Shown piece after piece: positions 1 through 12,200 of a stretch of DNA of 64,000 nucleotides. The stretch's first letter is position 1. The number at the start of each line of letters is the position of its first letter. Both the position numbers and the translations under genes were made by a program. Where the stretch lies: the NCBI RefSeq assembly GCF_964355755.1, contig NC_092670.1, positions 35,576,388-35,640,387 of the forward strand, in the 5' to 3' direction. The notes below the pieces were generated by a model that was not told the DNA's origin, did not search any database, and saw only the letters and a list, made by a program, of their open reading frames with translations. The DNA is from Antedon mediterranea (lineage: Eukaryota > Animalia > Echinodermata).

Positions 1-261
1 TACTCAACGAGCGAAAATAATGTGAGTTTATCTATGTTTTGCGGTAGTATTTAATTATATTTATGGTAATAAATACTGTGTTTAAAATTATGTATGGATA
101 AACAAGTATTGTTTTTAAGCTGTAGTATATCTTAGAATTTGTTATTTTAGGTCTTGGGTCTTAGCTTTCGTGATCTTAGGTCTTAGGTTCAGAGACAGAG
201 AGGAAACCACAAACCAAACGAAAGTTGCCTAAGCTTCTGGTAAATGCTTTGTAGCATTCAC

Positions 262-558
262 AAATTAAAGATTAATTAAATCCGACTTTGAATATGTTGT
301 TGTAGTTTTAATAAAGTTAATCACTTCAATAGATAAAAAACGAAAAAAAATCATGTTTTAATTTATAAAATAACAAAATAAATTTTAAAATTCAACCAAA
401 AATTCATTGGCTGGCAGCCAAATTTGACCATTTTTTTGCTTTAAATTAGATTTTTTCAGGTAAATACATTTGTTTGTCGTTGAAGAACTATTGTGTTACA
501 TTAAAATAGAATATTCAACAAAAAGAATTATTTTTTCAGAAGGGCAATACATCTTTAA
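262..558 (-). mobile_element. Partial non-autonomous DNA transposon (Kolobok-like MITE family)
   Basis: Shares the internal TTGGCTGGCAGCCAA motif (reverse orientation) and the terminus GGGCAATACATCT|TTAA with the copies at 23123-23420 and 45950-46113. The left end is not resolved. Confidence 0.6.
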
Positions 559-1434
559 TAATAATAATAATGATATTTATTTGGCAAAAGTTCTTAAAAG
601 TACGTTTTACATTTCATATTGCCAGGAGCAAGTAATAGGCATGAGCCCAAACAGAAAACTGCTCTTACTCCATCAATACAAAAAAACAAAACAAAAAACA
701 AAACTATCTAGCTTAGTACAAATTAATTAAAAACAAAACAAAGTTATAATGAAATACACCAATTAAGAATAAGCTGCATTGAATAAACATCATAAACAAT
801 TTAATATTTTGAGATCAAATGTTTGGTGAGTTGGGTTTTAAAGTCTGAAATTGTAGCTCATTGTTTAACTTCATTCAGAAGTTGATCTCATAGTCTAGGA
901 AAAATAACAAACGATGAATATAAACATGTATTGACCTATAGTCTTACAATGTATTAAACGCCCTTCCCACCTCTGACGCTTGATCTCACAAGCTCATTAA
1001 AGGAAATGGGAGGGTATACACTTTAAATATATCTTTTTCAATTTAGATTGAATGAACTCTACATTACATTCAACACCTTTTCTGTAACTATAGTTAAATT
1101 ATGTTTTAACGTTTACTCATGGAGGTGTAAATTATTACCTCCATGGTTGATTTTTGTTATTTGATACTCAGACTTTTACATATTATAGCCTACTTAATGT
1201 TCGGAGAGAGTCATTCAGATTATTTTCAAAGAGTAGGCCTATATAACATTAAACCTAGACCGGCGTGAAGTTAGTTACTTATTCCTTATTCGATATTCAA
1301 TTTTTTTTGTGAAGTTGGATCCTTATTCGACATTCACATTCACATGTATGGGGCGCAATAATGTAATATTTTAATTAAATAATTTTATACTTACGGCTTA
1401 GATTAATTAGGGCTATGATTTATAGGGCTATAAC

Positions 1435-3206
1435 TTCGTTATAAACGGCATGGTTCGGGATGACGATACATGGGTTCGGGCTAGTAGGGTCCAGTCGTTT
1501 CAGAAAAATACCACTTGCCCCGGTCCATGTCGTCTAGCTGCCATTTTACGCCATTTTAAAACCTTACTACAATTTAACGTTTTTTAAAATAAAAAATGCA
1601 ATATAACCGGATGATTTATAGGGCTATAATTACGTGATAAACGGCATGGACCGGGATGACAATACATGGGTTGGGGCAAGTAGGGTCCAGTCAATTCAGA
1701 AAAATACCACTTGCCCCGGTCCATGCCGTCTAGCTGCCATTTTACGCCATTTTGAAAAGTTACCACAATTTAAGTTTTTTTTTTATAAAAAATGCAATAT
1801 AACCGTATGATTTATAGGGCTATAATTACGTTATAAACGGCATGGACCGGGATGACAATACATGGGTTGGGGCAAGTAGGGTCCAGTCAATTCAGAAAAA
1901 TACCACTTGCCCCGGTCCATGCCGTCTAGCTGCCATTTTACGCCATTTTGAAAAGTTACCACAATTTAAGTTTTTTTTTTATAAAAAATGCAATATAACC
2001 GTATGATTTATAGGGCTATAATTACGTTATAAACGGCATGGACCGGGATGACGATACATGGGTTGGGGCTAGTAGGGTCCTGTCGTTTCAGAAAAATACC
2101 ACTTGCCTCGGTCCATGCCGTCTAGCTGTCATTTTACGCCATTTTAAAACGTTACTGCAATTTAACGTTTTTTTAAATAAAAAATGCAATATAACAGGAT
2201 GATATATAGGGCTATAATTACGTTATAAACGGCATGGACCGGAATGACGATACATGGGTTGGGGCAAGTAGGGTCCAGTCATTTCAGAAAAATACCACTT
2301 GCCCCGATCCATGCCGTCTAGCTGTCATTTTACGCCATTTTAAAACGTTACCGTTACTACAATTTAATTTTTTAAAATAAAAAATGCAATATAACCGAAT
2401 GATTTAAAGGGCTATAATTACGTTATAAACGGCATGGACCGGAATGACGATACATGGGTTGGGGCTAGTAGGGTCCAGTAGTTTAAGAAAAATACCACTT
2501 GACCCGGTCCATGCCGTCTAGCTGCCATTTCACGCCATTTTAAAACCTTACTACAATTTCACGTTTTAAAAAAAATTGCAATATAACCGGATGAAATATA
2601 GGGCTATAATTACGTTATAAACGGCATGGACCGCGATGACGATACATGGGTTGGGGCGAGTAGGGTCCAGTTATTTCAGAAAAATACCTCTTACCCTGGT
2701 CCATGCCGTCTAGCTGTCATTTTACGCCATTTTAAAACGTTACTACAATTTAAGGTTTTCATAAAAAATGCAATGTAAACGTATGATTTATAGGGCTATA
2801 ATTACGTTATAAACGGCATGGACCGGGATGACGATACATGGGTTGGGGCTAGTATGGTCCAGTCAATTCAGAAAAATACCACTTGCCCCGGTCCATGCCG
2901 TCTAGCTATCATGTTACGCCATTTTAAAACGTTACTACAATTTAACGTTTTTTTTATAAAAAATGCAATATAACCGAATGATTTATAGGGCTATAATTAC
3001 GTTATAAACGGCATGGACCGGGATGACGATACATGGGTTGGGGCAAGTAGGGTCCAGTCAATTCAGAAAAATACCACTTGCCCCGGTCCATGCCGTCTAG
3101 CTATCATTTTACGCCATTTTAAAACGTTACTACAATTTAACGTTTTTTTTAATAAAAAATGCAATATAACCGAATGATTTATAGGGCTATAATTACGTTA
3201 TAAACG
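1435..3206 (-). repeat. Left arm of ~195-bp satellite array (~9 monomers)
   Basis: Repeating unit ATAAACGGCATGGACCGGGATGACGATACATGGG...CCCGGTCCATGCCGTCTAGCT, the reverse complement of the right-arm unit. Confidence 0.95.
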
Positions 3207-6200
3207 TAAGTGGTATTTTTCCGAAATGACTAGACCCTACTCGTCCCAACCCATGCATCGTCATCCCGGTCCATGCCGTTTATAACGTAATTATAGCCCT
3301 ATAAATCATACGTTTATAGTGCATTTTTTAATTTTAAAAACCTTAAATTGTAGTAACCTTTTAAAATGGCGTAAAATGACAGCTAGACGGCATGGACCGG
3401 GGCAAGTGGTATTTTTCTGAATTGACTGGACCCTACTTGCCCCAACCCATGTATCGTCATCCCGGTCCATGCCGTTTATAACGTAATTATAGCCCTATAA
3501 ATCATTCGGTTATATTGCATTTTAAAAAAAAATAAACGTTAAATTGTAGTAACGTTTTAAAATGGCGTAAAATGACAGCTAGACGGCATGGACCGGGGCA
3601 AGTGGTATTTTTCTGACACGACTGGACCATACTAGCCCCAACACATGTATTGTCATCCCGGTCCATGCCGTTTATAACGTAATTATAGCCCTATAAATCA
3701 TTCGGTTATATTGCATTTTTTATTTAAAAAAACTTAAATTGTAGTAACGTTTTAAAATGTCGTAAAATGAAAGCTAGACGGCATGGGCCGGGGCAAGTGG
3801 CATTTTTCCGAAATGACTAGACCCTACTCGTCCCAACCCATGCATCGTCATCCCGGTCCATGCCGTTTATAACGTAATTATAGCCCTATAAATCATACGT
3901 TTATAGTGCATTTTTTATTTTTAAAAACGTTAAATTGTAGTAACGTTTTAAAATGGGGTAAAATGACAGCTAGACGGCATGGACCGGGGCAAGTGGTACT
4001 TTTCTATAATGACTGGATCCTACTCGCACCAACCCATGTATCTTCATACCGGTCCATGCCGTTTATAACGTAATTATAGCCCTATATATCATCCGGTTAT
4101 ATTGCATTTTTTATAAAAAAGTTAAATTGTAGTAACGTTTTAAAATGGCGTGAAATGGCCGCTAGACGGCATGGACCGGGTCAAGTGGTATTTTTCTGAA
4201 ACGACTGGACCCTACTAGCCCCAACCCATGTATCGTCATCCCGGTCCATGCCGTTTATAACGTAATTATAGCCCTATAAACCATTCGGTTATATTGCATT
4301 TTTTATTAAAAAAAACGTTAAATTGTAGTAACGTTTTAAAATGTCGTAAAATGATAGCTAGACGGCATGGACCGGGGCAAGTGGTATTTTTCTGAATTGA
4401 CTGGACCCTACTTGCCCCAACCCATGTATCGTCATCCCGGTCCATGCCGTTTATAACGTAATTATAACCCTATAAATCCTATGTTTACATTGCATTTTTT
4501 ATGAAAACCTTAAATTTTAGTAACGTTTTAAAATGGCGTAAAATGACAGCTAGCTAGACGGCATGGACCGGAGTAAGAGGTATTTTTCTTAAATGACTGA
4601 ACCCTACTCGCCCCAACCCATGTATCGTCATCCCGGTCCATGCCGTTTATAACGTAATTATAGCCCTATATTTCATCAGGTTATATTGCATTTTTTATAA
4701 AAACGTTAAATTGTAGTAAGGTTTTAAAATGGCGTGAAATGGCAGCTAGACGGCATGGACCGGGTCAAGTGGTATTTTTCTTAAACCCTACTAGCCCCAA
4801 CCCATGTATCGTCATTCCGGTCCATGCCGTTTATAACGTAATTATAGCCCTATAAATCATTCGGTTATATTGCATTTTGTATTTTAAAAAATTAAATTGT
4901 AGTAACGGTAACGTTTTAAAATGGCTTAAAATGACAGCTAGACGGCATGGACCGGGGCAAGTGGTATTTTTCTGAAATGACTGGACCCTACTAGCCCCAA
5001 CCCATGTATCGTCATTCCGGTCCATGCCGTTTATAACGTAATTATAGCCCTATATATCATCCTTTTATATTGCATTTTTTATTTAAAAAAACCTTAAATT
5101 GTAGTAACGTTTTAAAATGGCGTAAAATGATAGCTAGACGGCATGGACCGGGGCAAGTGGTATTTTTCTGAATTGACTGGACCCTACTAGCCCCAACCCA
5201 TGTATCGTCATCCCGGTCCATGCCGTTTATAACGTAATTATAGCCCTAATCATTCGGTTATATTGCATTTTTATTTAAAAAAAACGTTAGATTGTAGTAA
5301 CGTTTTAAAATGGCGTAAAATGATAGCTAGACGGCATGGACCGGGGCAAGTGGTATTTTTCTGAATTGACTGGACCCTACTTGCCCCAACCCATGTATCG
5401 TCATCCCGGTCCATGCCGTTTATAACGTAATTATAGCCCTATACATCATACGTTTACATTGCATTTTTTATGAAAACCTTAAATTGTAGTCACGTTTTAA
5501 AATGGCGTAAAATGACAGCTAGACGGCATGGACCGGGGCAAGTGGTATTTTTCCGAAATGACTAGACCCTACTCGTCCCAACCCATGCATCGTCATCCCG
5601 GTCCATGCCGTTTATAACGTAATTATAGCCCTATAAATCATTCGGTTATATTGCATTTTAAAAAAAAATAAACGTTAAATTGTAGTAACGTTTTAAAATG
5701 GCGTAAAATGACAGCTAGACGGCATGGACCGGGGCAAGTGGTATTTTTCTGACACGACTGGACCATACTAGCCCCAACACATGTATTGTCATCCCGGTCC
5801 ATGCCGTTTATAACGTAATTATAGCCCTATAAATCATTCGGTTATATTGCATTTTTTATTTAAAAAAACTTAAATTGTAGTAACGTTTTAAAATGTCGTA
5901 AAATGAAAGCTAGACGGCATGGGCCGGGGCAAGTGGCATTTTTCCGAAATGACTAGACCCTACTCGTCCCAACCCATGCATCGTCATCCCGGTCCATGCC
6001 GTTTATAACGTAATTATAGCCCTATAAATCATACGTTTATAGTGCATTTTTTATTTTTAAAAACGTTAAATTGTAGTAACGTTTTAAAATGGGGTAAAAT
6101 GACAGCTAGACGGCATGGACCGGGGCAAGTGGTACTTTTCTATAATGACTGGATCCTACTCGCACCAACCCATGTATCTTCATACCGGTCCATGCCGTTT

Positions 6201-9200
6201 ATAACGTAATTATAGCCCTATATATCATCCGGTTATATTGCATTTTTTATAAAAAAGTTAAATTGTAGTAACGTTTTAAAATGGCGTGAAATGGCCGCTA
6301 GACGGCATGGACCGGGTCAAGTGGTATTTTTCTGAAACGACTGGACCCTACTAGCCCCAACCCATGTATCGTCATCCCGGTCCATGCCGTTTATAACGTA
6401 ATTATAGCCCTATAAACCATTCGGTTATATTGCATTTTTTATTAAAAAAAACGTTAAATTGTAGTAACGTTTTAAAATGTCGTAAAATGATAGCTAGACG
6501 GCATGGACCGGGGCAAGTGGTATTTTTCTGAATTGACTGGACCCTACTTGCCCCAACCCATGTATCGTCATCCCGGTCCATGCCGTTTATAACGTAATTA
6601 TAACCCTATAAATCCTATGTTTACATTGCATTTTTTATGAAAACCTTAAATTTTAGTAACGTTTTAAAATGGCGTAAAATGACAGCTAGCTAGACGGCAT
6701 GGACCGGAGTAAGAGGTATTTTTCTTAAATGACTGAACCCTACTCGCCCCAACCCATGTATCGTCATCCCGGTCCATGCCGTTTATAACGTAATTATAGC
6801 CCTATATTTCATCAGGTTATATTGCATTTTTTATAAAAACGTTAAATTGTAGTAAGGTTTTAAAATGGCGTGAAATGGCAGCTAGACGGCATGGACCGGG
6901 TCAAGTGGTATTTTTCTTAAACCCTACTAGCCCCAACCCATGTATCGTCATTCCGGTCCATGCCGTTTATAACGTAATTATAGCCCTATAAATCATTCGG
7001 TTATATTGCATTTTGTATTTTAAAAAATTAAATTGTAGTAACGGTAACGTTTTAAAATGGCTTAAAATGACAGCTAGACGGCATGGACCGGGGCAAGTGG
7101 TATTTTTCTGAAATGACTGGACCCTACTAGCCCCAACCCATGTATCGTCATTCCGGTCCATGCCGTTTATAACGTAATTATAGCCCTATATATCATCCTT
7201 TTATATTGCATTTTTTATTTAAAAAAACCTTAAATTGTAGTAACGTTTTAAAATGGCGTAAAATGATAGCTAGACGGCATGGACCGGGGCAAGTGGTATT
7301 TTTCTGAATTGACTGGACCCTACTAGCCCCAACCCATGTATCGTCATCCCGGTCCATGCCGTTTATAACGTAATTATAGCCCTAATCATTCGGTTATATT
7401 GCATTTTTATTTAAAAAAAACGTTAGATTGTAGTAACGTTTTAAAATGGCGTAAAATGATAGCTAGACGGCATGGACCGGGGCAAGTGGTATTTTTCTGA
7501 ATTGACTGGACCCTACTTGCCCCAACCCATGTATCGTCATCCCGGTCCATGCCGTTTATAACGTAATTATAGCCCTATACATCATACGTTTACATTGCAT
7601 TTTTTATGAAAACCTTAAATTGTAGTCACGTTTTAAAATGGCGTAAAATGACAGCTAGACGGCATGGACCGGGGCAAGTGGTATTTTTCCGAAATGACTA
7701 GACCCTACTCGTCCCAACCCATGCATCGTCATCCCGGTCCATGCCGTTTATAACGTAATTATAGCCCTATAAATCATACTTTATAGTGCATTTTTTAATT
7801 TTAAAAACCTTAAATTGTAGTAACCTTTTAAAATGGCGTAAAATGACAGCTAGACGGCATGGACCGGGGCAAGTGGTATTTTTCTGACACGACTGGACCA
7901 TACTAGCCCCAACACATGTATTGTCATCCCGGTCCATGCCGTTTATAACGTAATTATAGCCCTATAAATCATTCGGTTATATTGCATTTTTTATTTAAAA
8001 AAACTTAAATTGTAGTAACGTTTTAAAATGTCGTAAAATGAAAGCTAGACGGCATGGGCCGGGGCAAGTGGCATTTTTCCGAAATGACTAGACCCTACTC
8101 GTCCCAACCCATGCATCGTCATCCCGGTCCATGCCGTTTATAACGTAATTATAGCCCTATAAATCATACGTTTATAGTGCATTTTTTATTTTTAAAAACG
8201 TTAAATTGTAGTAACGTTTTAAAATGGGGTAAAATGACAGCTAGACGGCATGGACCGGGGCAAGTGGTACTTTTCTTTAATGACTGGATCCTACTCGCAC
8301 CAACCCATGTATCTTCATACCGGTCCATGCCGTTTATAACGTAATTATAGCCCTATATATCATCCGGTTATATTGCATTTTTTATAAAAAAGTTAAATTG
8401 TAGTAACGTTTTAAAATGGCGTGAAATGGCCGCTAGACGGCATGGACCGGGTCAAGTGGTATTTTTCTGAAACGACTGGACCCTACTAGCCCCAACCCAT
8501 GTATCGTCATCCCGGTCCAAACCGTTTATAACGTAATTATAGCCCTATACATCATACGTTTACATTGCATTTTTTATGAAAACCTTAAATTGTAGTCACG
8601 TTTTAAAATGGCGTAAAATGACAGCTAGACGGCATGGACCGGGGTAAGAGGTATTTTTTTTAAATGACTGGTGGACCCTACTCGCCCCAACCCATGTATC
8701 GTCATCCCGGTCCATGCCGTTTATAACGTAATTATAGCCCTATTATATCATGCGTTTATATTGCATTTTTTTTTTTTAAAACGTTAAATTGTAGTAACGT
8801 TTTAAAATGGAGTAAAATGACAGCTAGACGGCATGGACCGGGGCAAGTGGTATTTTTCCAAAATGACTAGACCCTACTCGTCCCAACCCATGCATCGTCA
8901 TCCCGGTCCATGCTGTTTGTAACGTAATTATAGCCCTATAAATCATACGTTTATAGTGCATTTTTTATTTTTAAAAACCTTAAATTGTAGTAACCTTTTA
9001 AAATGGCGTAAAATGACAGCTAGACGGCATGGACCGGGGCAAGTGGTACTTTTCTATAATGACTGGACCCTACTCGCACCAACCCATGTATCGTCATCCC
9101 GGTCCATGCCGTTTATAACGTAATTATAGCCCTATATATCATCCGGTTATATTGAATTTTTTATAAAAAAAAGTTAAATTGTAGTAACGTTTTAAAATGG

Positions 9201-12200
9201 GGTGAAATGGCCGCTAGACGGCATGGACCGGGTCAAGTGGTATTTTTCTGAAACGACTGGACCCTACTAGCCCCAACCCATGTATCGTCATTCCGGTCCA
9301 TGCCGTTTATAACGTAATTATAGCCCTATAAACCATTCGGTTATATTGCATTTTTTATTTAAAAAAAACGTTAAATTGTAGTAACGTTTTAAAATGGCGT
9401 AAAATGATAGCTAGACGGCATGGACCGGGGCAAGTGGTATTTTTCTGAATTGACTGGACCCTACTTGCCCCAACCCATGTATCGTCATCCCGGTCCATGC
9501 CGTTTATAACGTAATTATAGCCCTATAAATCATATGTTTACATTGCATTTTTTATGAAAACCTTAAATTGTAGTAACGTTTTAAAATGGCGTTTAATGAC
9601 AGCTAGACTGCATGGACCGGGGTAAGAGGTATTTTTCTTAAATGACTGGACCCTACTCGCCCCAACCCATGTATCGTCATCCCTGTCCATGCCGTTTATA
9701 ACGTAATTATAGCCCTATATTTCATCAGGTTATATTGCATTTTTTATAAAAACGTTAAATTGTAGTAAGGTTTTAAAATGGCGTGAAATGGCAGCTAGAC
9801 GGCATGGACCGGGTCAAGTGGTATTTTTCTGAAACTACTGGACACTACTAGCCCCAACCCATGTATCGTCATCCCGGTCCATGCCGTTTATAACGTAATT
9901 ATAGCCCTATAAATCATTCGGTTATATTGCATTTTGTATTTTAAAAAATTAAATTGTAGTAACAGTAACGTTTTAAAATGGCTTAAAATGACAGCTAGAC
10001 GGCATGGATCGGGGCAAGTGGTATTTTTCTGAAATGAATTGACCCTACTCGCCCCAACCCATGTATCGTTATCCCGGTCCATGCCGTTTATAACGTAATT
10101 ATAGCCCTATATATCATCCTGTTATATTGCATTTTTTATTTAAAAAAACGTTAAATTGTAGTAACATTTTGAAATGGCGTAAAATGATAGCTAGACGGCA
10201 TGGACCGGAGCAAGTGGTATTTTTCTGAATTGACTGGACCCTACTTGCCCCAACCGATGTATCGTCATCCCGGTCCATGCCGTTTATAACGTAATTATAG
10301 CCCTATAAACCATTCGGTTATATTGCATTTTTTATTTAAAAAAACGTTAAATTGTAGTAACGTTTTAAAATGGAGTAAAATGACAGCTAGACGGCATGGA
10401 CCGGGGCAAGTGGTATTTTTCCAAAATGACTAGACCCTACTCGTCCCAACCCATGCATCGTCATCCCGGTCCATGCCGTTTATAACGCAATTATAGCCCT
10501 ATAAATCATACGTTTATAGTGCATTTTTTAATTTTAAAAACCTTAAATTGTAGTAACCTTTTAAAATGGCGTAAAATGACAGCTAGACGGCATGGACCGG
10601 GGCAAGTGGTACTTTTCTATAATGACTGGACCCTACTCGCACCAACCCATGTATCGTCATCCCGGTCCATGCCGTTTATAACGTAATTATAGCCTTATAT
10701 ATCATCCGGTTATATTGCATTTTTTATAAAAAAAGTTAAATTGTAGTAACGTTTTAAAATGGGGTGAAATGGCCGCTAGACGGCATGGACCGGGTCAAGT
10801 GGTATTTTTCTGAAACGACTGGACACTACTAGCCCCAACCCATGTATCGTCATTCCGGTCCATGCCGTTTATAACGTAATTATAGCCCTATAAACCATTC
10901 GGTTATATTGCATTTTTTATTTTAAAAAAACGTTAAATTGTAGTAACGTTTTAAAATGGCGTAAAATGATAGCTAGACGGCATGGACCGGGGCAAGTGGT
11001 ATTTTTCTGAATTGACTGGACCCTACTTGCCCCAACCCATGTATCGTCATCCCGGTCCATGCCGTTTATAACGTAATTATAGCCCTATAAATCATGTTTA
11101 CATTGCATTTTTTATGAAAACCTTAAATTGTAGTAACGTTTTAAAATGGCGTATAATGACAGCTAGACGGCATGAACCGGGGTAAGAGGTATTTTTCTTA
11201 AATGACTGGACCCTACTCGCCCCAACCCATGTATCGTCATCCCGGTCTATGCCGTTTATAATGTAATTATAGCCCTATATTTCATCAGGTTATATTGCAT
11301 TTTTTATAAAAAAGTTAAATTGTAGTAAGGTTTTAAAATGGCGTGAAATGGCAGCTAGACGGCATGGACCGGGTCAAGTGGTATTTTTCTGAAAGTACTG
11401 GACCATACTAGCCCCAACCCATGTATCGTCATCCCGGTCTATGCCGTTTATAACGTATTTATAGCCCTATAAACCATTCGGTTATATTGCATTTTTTATT
11501 TAAAAAAACGTTAAATTGTAGTAACGTTTTAAAATGGCGTAAAATGATAGCTAGACGGCATGAACCGGGGCAAGTGGTATTTTTCTGAATTGACTGGACC
11601 CTACTTGCCCCAACCCATGTATCGTCATCCCGGTCCATGCCGTTTATAACGTAATTATAGCCCTATAAATCATATGTTTACATTGCATTTTTTATGAAAA
11701 CCTTAAATTGTAGTAACGTTTTAAAATGGCGTATAATGACAGCTAGACGGTATGGACCGGGGAAAGAGGTATTTTTCTTAAATGACTGGACCCTACTCGC
11801 CCCAACCCATGTATCGTCATCCCGGTCCATGCCGTTTATAACGTAATTATAGCCTTATATTTCCTCAGGTTATATTGCATTTTTTATAAAAACGTTAAAT
11901 TGTAGTAAGGTTTTAAAATGGCGTGAAATGGCAGCTAGACGGCATGGACCGGGTCAAGTGGTATTTTACTGAAACTACTGGACCCTACTAGCCCCAACCC
12001 ATGTATCGTCATCCCGGTCCATGCCGTTTATAACGTAATTATAGCCCTATAAATCATTCGGTTATATTGCATTTTGTATTTAAAAAAACGTTAAATTGTA
12101 GTAACATTTTGAAATGGCGTAAAATGACAGCTAGACGGCATGGACCGGGGCAAGTGGAATTTTTTTGAAATGAATGGACCCTACTCGCCCCAACCCATGT

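Noticed and set aside
3385-3480. HDV-like ribozyme, suggested by GGCATGGACC resembling the HDV 5' sequence
   Set aside because: The motif pairs as a simple inverted repeat and I cannot build the nested double pseudoknot. A structure-descriptor search would be needed.
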